The position numbers and the translations under genes were made by a program. 64,000 nucleotides of DNA from contig CM102171.1 in the NCBI GenBank assembly GCA_046562895.1, positions 24,215,509-24,279,508 on the forward strand. The letters run 5' to 3'. The notes beneath the pieces are model-generated. The model searched no databases and was not told where the DNA came from. It saw nothing but the letters and a program-made list of their open reading frames with translations. Below are positions 55,293 to 64,000 of this stretch, one piece after another; within the stretch, counting starts at the first letter, position 1; every line of letters begins with the position of its first letter. This DNA is from Trichechus inunguis (lineage: Eukaryota).

Positions 55293-56759
55293 GGGGAGCG
55301 TTAAACAAGGGCCTAAATACAGGAGGCAAGAATCACTGATGGCCACCTTAGACACTGACTACCACAGATTATTTAGTAGACGGCACCGGGAAAGCTAACT
55401 CACTCTCTACGGGGGACAAATAAAGTTAAATCCCTTTGCAATTCACATTTACAAAGTGAATTCCATTTAGATTAAAAGACCTACACGTGAAAGTAAAACT
55501 ATAAAGCTAACAGAAAATGCAGAACAGAAAAACAAAACTTCCTAAGTCAGACCCCAAAAGGATACACCATTAGGCAAAAAATATTGAGGGGTTTGACTAC
55601 TTTAAAATCAAGAACTTTTCCAGCTGATGACAGAAACTGTGATTTTACAAATACTCTCACATAATAACGTGAAAGAAATGATAGGACTGTAACAATTATT
55701 CTACAACCCTAGTGAAATTATTGATTTAGGCAAGGATAATCAATTGATGTGTGATTGATAGGTAATGGATATTCATATGGTGCCCAAATAAAACATGCAG
55801 ATTATAACTGGCAACAAGGAAACGTAACTACAAAGGAGGATCAAACCACCATCACCTGAACCCGGCAACCAAATCTGAGCAACACTAATGATGGCTCATA
55901 TTAGCAACATGAGAGGTCTCTCAATGTAACCACAATATGAAGTATCACCTAAAATGTATTCTAGTCAAAATGTTTAATATCAAACCTTTAAATCTAACTT
56001 CTACTTCTAGACATTCAGGGTAGGGCATAGTAACAAGCAAAAGGATACTGTGAGGAAACAAACTCAGAAGGTGGGTCATCATGTAGGAAAACTAGAGGTC
56101 TCTTTAATACGTCAGCATCATAAGAAAAAGGGACTGTTTTAGATTGTAAGAGACCTAAGGAACATAACAACCAGACCCAATGCGAGGACCTAGATTGGGA
56201 CCTGGTTTAGATAAACCAGCTATAAAAGACATTTATGGAACAACTGGAGAAATGTGAATATGGCCTGGATGTTAAATAAAACTTTATTGACATGGAAAGA
56301 CGGCAATCATTAACAGCGACAACAAAAATGGGCAGATTACAAAACAGCACATACAACGTTACCGTATTTTGGCAAAAATACACATACACACACAGAAAAG
56401 GACTTGGAAGATATATGGTGCTTTCATTTTATTTTTTATTGTCTGTGTTTTCTAAATTTCTACAATGCATATAATTCTCCTTTAAAAATAATGGTTATTT
56501 GTAATTGTTTAAAAATCAAGGATTTCTATTCAACAACAAATGTGATAGACAGGTGATATTCTAAGAGAAAATATTTGCAACATCTGACTAGAAATTATTA
56601 TCTAGAACAGCCTTTCTCAGCTGGGGTTCCTCATCTGAATCTTAAAACCCAGAAAACAATTTGTGTAACTATTTTCTCAACTCTCCCAAGGATAGTAGGT
56701 AAATAGTACTATTCTAGGTACACAGGAGAAAAGTTAATTATGTACAATGAACACCTTAG

Positions 56760-57470
56760 GGTAGTAGGCCTGAATTCTCTCTAGGAAACTGGGTTGCAAA
56801 AGACTGAGCTAAAATATGCACGAAACTCCCACAAAACAAAAAGAAAAAGGCAGGAAACTCAGTGGAAAATTTGGTAAAGAATATGAACAGGCAGTTCATA
56901 GAGGGGAAACTGAAAAAAAGCTGGTGAGTATATAAAAAGATGCTTGACCTCATTAGTTATCAGAGGCATGCAAATTAAAATGAGATCACTCTACACCCAT
57001 CAGATCGGCAAAATCAGAAAGCTGGGTGATGCCATGTGTTGTTGAGGATACGCAGAAATGGGATCCCTTGTGCACTGGTGACAATGAGTAAACTGCTATC
57101 ATCATTCTGGAGAGTAAACAGCTAACACTTAACGACATTCAGTATCCATGTGCCCTGCTGCACAGGAATTCCCCTCCCAGCTACAAACGTGAGAAACCCT
57201 GGCACAGCACCACAAGGGACATGTTCAAGGATGCTCAGTGTGGCACTGTGGGGACAGTAAGTGAGGGGAGACAGGAAGTGGGGAGAGACAGAAGTGGGAG
57301 GCAATCTAGGTCTCCATCCTCAGGGGAGTGTATAAATAAAATGTGGTGAATGTACACCATAGACTCCTGTACAGCAGTCAGAAGTGAAGAACTAGGTGTA
57401 CAAACAGCAGCATGAACGGATCTCAAAAAGAGTGCTGAGTGAAAAAAAAACTAAGAAACAGAATATGATC
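56760..57470 (+). mobile_element. LINE-1 3' end (ORF2 C-terminus and 3'UTR, sense)
   Basis: gcatgcaaattaaaatgagatcactctacacccatcagatcggcaaaatcagaaagctgggtgatgccatgtgttgttgaggatacgcagaaatgggatcccttgtgcactggtgacaatgagtaaactgc is characteristic of L1. Confidence 0.6.
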
Positions 57471-57894
57471 CATCGCTCAGTGCCATTTAGGAAAATTAAA
57501 AAGGTATACAAACACAAAGCAGTGCTTTAGCTTTTCAAGGGTACAGACATAATCCAAGAGTATGTATCAAAACATTAAAACTGGAATGGGTACTATGGAG
57601 AGGAGTGGAAATGAATAAAAAATATAAGAGAAAGGATTTGCATAGGCCAATGATTAAGTCCCATAAACTGAGGAGCATGATGAACTCAACTCACTGTACC
57701 TTCTTAAAAAAACAAACAAAAAAGAAAACCCCAAACAAGCAAACTCTAGACGTGCAGAGCAGGGATGGGAAGAGTCTCAAAGAAACCTGGAAAGGTGGTG
57801 GCTAGAGCATAGAAGAAAAAGCACTGTACCTGGGAGTTAGATAACCTGGAGATAAATCCGAGCTCTGCCATTTACTGGCTCTTTGACCCAGGTT

Positions 57895-58115
57895 CACTCT
57901 GGCTCAAACCCCTGCTGAGAATTTGCATTTCCACCCCAGATATACTGAATCAGAATCTACAGTTTAACAAGATCCCCCAGGTGATTCTTATGTATAATAA
58001 ATTTTGAGACCCATTCCACTAGGGGTTCTTAGAACTGGTCCCTGACCAGCAGCATTAACATCACCTGGGAACTTGTCAGAAATGCAAATTCTCTGCAGGG
58101 GTTTGAACAGGAACA
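57895..58115. mobile_element. MITE-like non-autonomous DNA transposon (~220 bp) with ~30-bp TIRs
   Basis: gctcaaacccctgctgagaatttgcatttc at 57898-57927 is the inverted complement of gaaatgcaaattctctgcaggggtttgaacag at 58081-58112. Confidence 0.45.
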
Positions 58116-58547
58116 AACTGGTTGGTTCCAAGCTTTGACCGTGGATGCATCACCGAACCTCCTTCGTGTTTCTTTTTATGTCAGACATGGGGAGAAGATG
58201 TGTGTTCAAGCAAAGCAGTGGGTGTGCAATAATGTGAGCTAAATTTAAAACGAGAGAGCAGAAATGCACTTCCAACATCATCTAGTTCAGTGTTTTTCAA
58301 ACTGCAAGCAGTGACTCATTAATGGGTCATGAAATCAGTTTAATGGGTCCCAATTAGCATTTTTAAAAAAAGGAAAAAAAAATACATCAGAGTATATTTC
58401 ACTAAAGGTATCATTTTAAAACTCTTATTTCGGTTATGTGTATGCGAGCATAAAATATATTTTTTTTTCCTCAGGTTGCAGTCAAAAAGCTTGAAAAACA
58501 TAGGATTTTTTTGAAAATCCTATGTTTTTAAGAGCCAATAAGTATTG

Positions 58548-58680
58548 TTTGTGGAAGAAAGACGTGGCAATCTGCTCCCGTAAAGATTACAGCCTTGGAA
58601 ACCCTCTGAGGCAGTTTTACTCTGTTCTATAGAGTCGCTACGAGTCAGAATCGACTCAACGGCCAACCAGTTTGGTTAAA
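58548..58680 (+). mobile_element. AfroSINE (5'-truncated)
   Basis: gtggcaatctgctcccgtaaagattacagccttggaaaccctctgaggcagttttactctgttctatagagtcgctacgagtcagaatcgactcaacgg. Confidence 0.7.
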
Positions 58681-59754
58681 TACTGTTCAGGGCGATGAAA
58701 GACTTGGAAATAGATCGTGGTGATGGCTGCACAACCTGTTGAGTGTAATTAACGTCACTGACTTTTACACTTAAAATTGGTTAAAACGGTAAATTTTTGT
58801 TATAATTGACCACCAAAAAAAAAAAGAACCAGTAAGTATCCCCCAAGACAACAGAGTGTTGTTCACAGTTGCCACTTTTTAATATATAAAGCAAGGGCAT
58901 TAAAAAGAAACTCATATTCATCTCTTACCACTGTATCATAAATGGCATGGTATCATAAATTGTATCAGAAAAGAAAAATGTTAACATTGTAAAGGTAGCA
59001 TAAAAGGCTTTCTGTAAAACTCACTACAGTGTACTTTTTCTATCTTTTGGAACATGAGGACACAATGCCAGAGATGGGAAGTGACTTACCCAAGGTCACT
59101 CAGTCAGCCGTGGGAGAGCTAACCCTGAACCCATATGTCTAGGCTGTGCTTTTCAAACTCTGCTCCTCAGAGCCTTATGGGATGCACAGAAGTGCCTCAA
59201 GAGCCGGTGTTAGGTAGAAATGGAGCCTAACAGCCGGGCCTGAAACCTCCAACCTTGTTGTATCAGGAGCTGCTTTGCTACTGTGAGATTTCATTTTATT
59301 TAAGGAAAGGCTTTTACTACTTTAAAAAGAAGAAAGAGAGAGAGAGAAAAAGAAAACCAGAGTAGTGTGGGGCAAGCTGCTTCCCAGGAAAGGATAAGAC
59401 CATGGAGATCATTATATTCCATTTTAAATTTAGATTTCTTTTCCTACTGGTACTAGGGAGCTAGTTAGGATTTCTAAGCAAGGGAGAGAATAGATTGGGC
59501 TTGTGCCTAAGGATAATTACGTAGGTGGTAGTGTAACAGCTGGACTGACTGGGTAAAAACAGCAAGATGCAGAGAGAGCAGTCATTTAACCACTGCAATA
59601 GTTTTGGCATGAGGTGGTGAGGAGGGCCCTGCCTGAGGCAGCCAGGGGAGAGGGAACAGGGCCCTCAAATTCCCTGGGGTCACAGCCAGTAACAGCCAGG
59701 CTAGAAGGTAGCCTCTCCAGGCAGTACCCTACGTCTCTTTTTTTCCTGTCCTAA

Positions 59755-59940
59755 TATTAAGCACTGGACTGCTAAACCAAAAGGTAAGTGGTTCGAACCC
59801 ACCAGCCACTCCAGGGGAGAAAGATGTGGCAGTCTGCTCCATGAAGATTACAGCCTTGGAAACTCTATGGGGCAGTACTACTGTCCTATAGGGTTGCTAT
59901 GAGTCAGGATCGACTCAACAGCAATGGGTTGTTTGGGTTT
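59755..59940 (+). mobile_element. AfroSINE
   Basis: agcactggactgctaaaccaaaaggtaagtggttcgaacccaccagccactccaggggagaaagatgtggcagtctgctccatgaagattacagccttggaaactctatggggcag... Confidence 0.8.
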
Positions 59941-60080
59941 AATATCTAACTAAGGAGACTTCGGGGTGCAGGGGTTACAGCGCTCAGCTATGAGTTGAAA
60001 CTGACTCAATGGCAGTGGGTAGCTCTCCCAGGGACATGGGCATAGGGGTGGCGTTCAGGAGGTAAGGAAGGGGCCCTCAC

Positions 60081-60250
60081 CTGCAGGGCCAGCTGGCAGT
60101 CCTCAATCAGGCCCTGTACCAGGTAGTAGCGTGCTTCGCCTAGTAGCTCCCCTAGTTCTCTGGTACTCTCAGGTAGTGGCACGGACCCGTCCCGCAGGTA
60201 GTTGAGGATTGTACCAAAGTGGCGGCCGCTCCGGTCAATCAGCACCCAAC
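60081..60250 (-). CDS. KCTD13: KCTD13 exon 2 (BTB domain, 3' part): WVLIDRSGRHFGTILNYLRDGSVPLPESTRELGELLGEARYYLVQGLIEDCQLALQ
   Basis: Matches the minus ORF 60006-60245; acceptor ctaccag|GT and donor CAG|gtgagg. Confidence 0.85.
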
Positions 60251-61542
60251 CTGGTAGGGTGGGAGGAGGCAGGAGGAAGGATGACTTTGCTGGGGGGCCT
60301 TGGAGCTACTATGTTTTTTATGAAAATGGATTCCAAGGTTATAAGGAAGTCTGAATTCTGATCTGCCCCAAACTTTTGCCATATCCAAGAAAATCCTTTA
60401 AAACATTTTCAGTCCCATAGGCCCTTTTTAACATTGCCAGCCACAGAGATCAACTACCTCCCAAGTCTATTCTGTGGTCAGAAGGTTCTCACCATGAGAA
60501 AACGGTTATAGAATTACCTTATCAATAAACCTCTAACCTGTCTTGTTAATTCTAACCACCCCATTTAAAATGTCTATCCCCACCCTCTAGGCCACTACCA
60601 TCTGAACCTTTATTTATAGTCTTCACAGAGTGTATTACTATCTGCAATTACATATATATTTTTTGTTTACTAGCTTATTGTCCCTTTCCCACCCCACCCC
60701 TGCCAAAATGTAAATTCCATGGGGTAACGGTCTTGTCAGACTCCTTTACCAACCCATCTCCAGCATCAACCGGCGCTTTACAAATACTTGTTAAATAAAT
60801 GAATTATTCACCTTCAGTTATCTGAAAACTGTGCGCCACCTCCCAAACTTTTTATTTTCCTGCTCTCACAATCCTTGTCAACCTCTTCTGAATCCCCACC
60901 CCCCAAATTTTAATGTCCCACTTGGGCAGTGGGGCCCAAATCTGAATGAATGGTAAGGTAACTGCCAAGAACTGTCCACCCTCACTCTAGTGTCCCTGGC
61001 AAACCCAAAGCGGCCTTCTTCTACAATCTGCATTTACAGGCAGATTCCTAAAGTGTATAGGAACCTGTGTTTCGAAAACATAGGGACAGACAAGATCTCC
61101 CAGTCCTCCAGGCTGGTGTTGGCGGTGCTGAGGCAGAGACGAACAAAAGGCTGCGGAGTTAGAAGAAACTGATGAAGGTGGCCTGGAGGGGGTGCTGCTG
61201 GCGGCAAGACTGGTTCCCAAGTCGTGAGAACCGAGCGGTGAAGGGTGGGAGAATTGGGGGCGGGGGTGGGGTGGGGTGGAATAAGGACTGAATCACTTAC
61301 CACAGCGCCTGGAGGGTTAGGGGCTCCATAAATGTTGGTTACTGCTGGGGGTATAGCAGAAGGTGGGAGATTATGAATGAGACAGGGAAGATGAGATGGG
61401 ATGCGGGGGCTGGAGAGAGATGAGAATGAGCTGCCTGGACGGCAGACAAGAGAAGGGGCGTAGGGAGACCGGGTGACGAAAAGAGCTGGGGGGAAGGAAC
61501 AGGGGGAATGGAGCGTCGCACAAGGAAGAGCGGCGTGCATAC

Positions 61543-61786
61543 CTCCGGCGTCTGTGAGCACCTCCACGCGGCCGCTAAACATGGCTTTAAGCATGGTGTC
61601 CTGTCCGGTGAGGGTGCGCAAAGTGGTGTAGTGCAGCGAGCCGCCCACGTTCAGCTTCACGTACTTGCTGTTCGGGGACAGCGGACTGAGACCGTAGGCG
61701 GCAGAGCCAGACTCGAGACCCGAGGGCTTCGGGACTTCCAGGGACGGGTCCGCGGCCGCCGCCGGGCCCGAGGCCTCGGCCGACAT
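61543..61786 (-). CDS. KCTD13: KCTD13 exon 1 (start codon, BTB domain 5' part): [82 protein letters not shown]
   Basis: Matches the minus ORF 61034-61786; ATG = RC of 61784-61786 and donor G|gtatgc. The six exon lengths sum to 987 nt (329 codons), as in human KCTD13. Confidence 0.9.
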
Positions 61787-62230
61787 GCCAGGTAGCGGCG
61801 GCAGGCGGCGATCCGAGGCTCTCTCTGCGCCCTGCGGCCCGCTCCCAAAGACCCCGTAATGCCGGCCCCTGAGCCACAGCGGTCAGCCCCCACGCTCACA
61901 CGCTGCCGCTACTCGGCGACACTGGCCCTTCGCCTCATAGCGTCCGCAGGGCCCGGAAACGGGAGCCTAGAAGCTGCGCAGGCGCGTCAAGGCCCCGCCC
62001 CTGCCCTCGGGGGGAGCCGAGTGAGGAGCATGCGTAGTGGTTTTGGAGGGCAGCGTGCCGGCGACGAGTGCGAGTGCGAGTGCGGGTGGCGGCGTTTACT
62101 GGTCAGACTGTGGGCACCCTGGCGAGTCCGGGAGACGAGAGAGAGGAGGCGCCCGGGACGATGCTCTTGCGTGACGTGGAATGTTACGTTCCCGCCCACG
62201 TTTGTGCCTCTGCTCTCAGACAGCTTTCCG
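61787..62230. promoter_or_regulatory. KCTD13: KCTD13 CpG-island promoter and 5'UTR
   Basis: Dense CpG (gcggccgccgccgggcccg, ggcgacgagtgcgagtgcgag) upstream of the KCTD13 ATG. Confidence 0.65.
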
Positions 62231-63094
62231 GGCTTGAAGGGAAAACTGATGCCCAGAAAGGGGAAGGGGATAGGGCAAGATTTCCTGCCTCCCAGCCTCA
62301 CGCACTTGGCAGGCTGCAATGAGAACTGCGGAACAAAGTACCAACGGCGGCTCTTAAAGTAGGTCAAAGGAGGGTGATCTCCTAGAGGAGGTGGCAGTGG
62401 TGCTACGGCCTGAAGCACGGACGGATTACCCAATAAACAAGCTACGCTCGGGCTTACTTGTGCTGACTAATCTGTAGTGCATGATTTCGCCTGGTGAAAT
62501 CGTGCACTACCCGTTAGTAGATAAACCCAAGTAACCCTGGGATTTCCTTGCTTACTGATTAATCCGCCCCTGGCCTGAAGGGTGTGAGTAGGTAGGACCC
62601 TTAGGGAAGGCCTCTGTGAGGAGGTGATACTGTGCTGGGACTGAGAAATGGAGATATGAGGGAAGAGAGAGGGACCGGCAAATAAAAAGGTACTCAAGCA
62701 GGCACCATCTTGGCATACAGTATTTAAGGAGCAGAAAGAATGGCAGGGTGGCTGAAGAAGCTAAGCAAGGATCTTAGAATCCCAGATAATGTCGTGAGAC
62801 CTAGTGGCTGTAAAAGATTACTCAATCACGAAAGAAAGAAGAAATCAGGAACAAGTGGTTGACAAAGTGTGGTGAGACGTATTTCTTTCAGACTTAATCA
62901 GCACCCAGTTTAGAGGATAACAATTACCTGAATATCTAGCAGGGGGATTTACTGGAGGGAAAACTAAAGAGAGAGTTCTAGTTTCAACCCTGCCATTGGT
63001 TAGTTCCTTTTCTGCTTAGTAAGGTGATGCAAATTTAAATGCCTGTACCGGACAGGCAGGAGTGTAAATGAGTGAAGTTAGCCAGTTATAAAAC

Positions 63095-63600
63095 CAAAAC
63101 AAAAAACCAAACCTGTTGCCTTCGAGGTGATTCGGACTCAACAGGGACCCTATAGGACAGAGCAGAACTGCCCCATAGGGTTTCCAAGGAGTGGCTGGTG
63201 GATTCGAACTGCTGATCTTTTGGTTAGCAGCTGAACTCTTAACCACTATGCCATAAGATACTAAGAAATAGTGGGGCTGTGGTGACTTGGAGAGCTCATG
63301 TTGTTCCAAACCAAACCCATTGCTGTCAAGTCGATTCTGACTTACAGCGACCCCACAGGACAAAGTAGAGCTGCCCCATACGGTTTCCAAGGAGTGGCTG
63401 GTGGATTCGAACTGCTGACCTTTTGGTTAACAGCCAAATGCTTAACCACTGTGTCACCAGGGCTCTCATTCTACCAAAAAAAAAAAAAAAGCTATTACCC
63501 ATACAGTTTCCAGGAGCTGCTGGTGGATTTGAACCACTGACCTTTTGGTTAGTAGCTAAGCTCTTAACCACTGCACCACCAGGGCCCTCTTGTACTAAAA
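63095..63600 (-). mobile_element. Cluster of three AfroSINE copies (about 63095-63255, 63300-63465 and 63490-63600)
   Basis: Repeated ...gtcgattctgact...agagctgccccata...ggtggattcgaactgctgaccttttggtta...cttaaccact units separated by poly-A/T tracts. Confidence 0.8.
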
Positions 63601-64000
63601 GGGGTTGCAAATTCAGGCTTTTCAAGTGTAGCTGATGAGAAAGAAAAAAAGCAGTTCCTGACAGCTGGTAGCTGGTTTGCACTCTCCAGAAACCTTCGTG
63701 TGGCTAGGAGCTGGCCTCGCACTCACAGCCAGGCTGTGGTGGTGTTCTGTTGAGCATAAACAATTTCACAGAACATCAACATCAGACAAAGCCACTCTCT
63801 GATGGATGGATCCAGAAAAAGACCATTCTGCAATCTTGTCTAAACACAAAAACGAGAACATTGTTCAAACCATGAGAATGACCAACAACTCCTTCCACCT
63901 GCAGTATGAATTATTGCTGCTGCTTTTGTTATTATTATTATTGTGGTAAAATAGAACGTAAAATTTACTGTTGTAATCATTTTTAAGTGTACAATTCAGT

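Overview
This is mammalian, not prokaryotic, DNA. Multiple tRNA-derived AfroSINE copies mark it as an afrotherian genome (elephant-like). The window is orthologous to human 16p11.2 with conserved gene order MVP(+), CDIPT(-), SEZ6L2(-), ASPHD1(+), KCTD13(-). The supplied six-frame ORF track is only partly useful, because coding sequence is split into short exons.

I reconstructed exon-intron structures by homology to the human proteins as I remember them and by canonical GT/AG splice sites. Exon boundaries are hand-counted and are within about 2 nt.

- **CDIPT:** 6 exons on the minus strand, 16750-19202; the exon lengths sum to 639 nt (213 codons).
- **SEZ6L2:** 18 exons on the minus strand, 24563-42691, with an intact signal peptide, a mucin-like Pro/Thr stretch, CUB and sushi domains, a transmembrane segment and the C-terminal DTREYEVSI.
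- **ASPHD1:** 3 exons on the plus strand, 44696-47757.
- **KCTD13:** 6 exons on the minus strand, 48612-61786; the exon lengths sum to 987 nt (329 codons).

The unexpected result is MVP (major vault protein) at 1-10.7 kb, which appears to be a decayed, rearranged unitary pseudogene.
- Only six homologous exon blocks remain.
- Three blocks carry premature stops or frameshifts.
- One block has a GT>AT splice-donor change.
- Two internal exons lie in inverted orientation, inside a 1.6-kb segment flanked by inverted, near-identical MIR-derived duplicates.
- No middle exons were found.

Other observations:
- A plus-strand candidate spliced ORF lies opposite CDIPT (CDIPTOSP-like) and shares its CpG-island promoter. 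It has four phase-compatible exons.
- Three CpG-island promoters carry perfect CRE palindromes.
- ASPHD1 and KCTD13 have convergent, overlapping 3' ends.
- There is a MITE-like DNA transposon with about 100-bp TIRs, two minisatellites, L1 and MIR fragments, and AfroSINE clusters.
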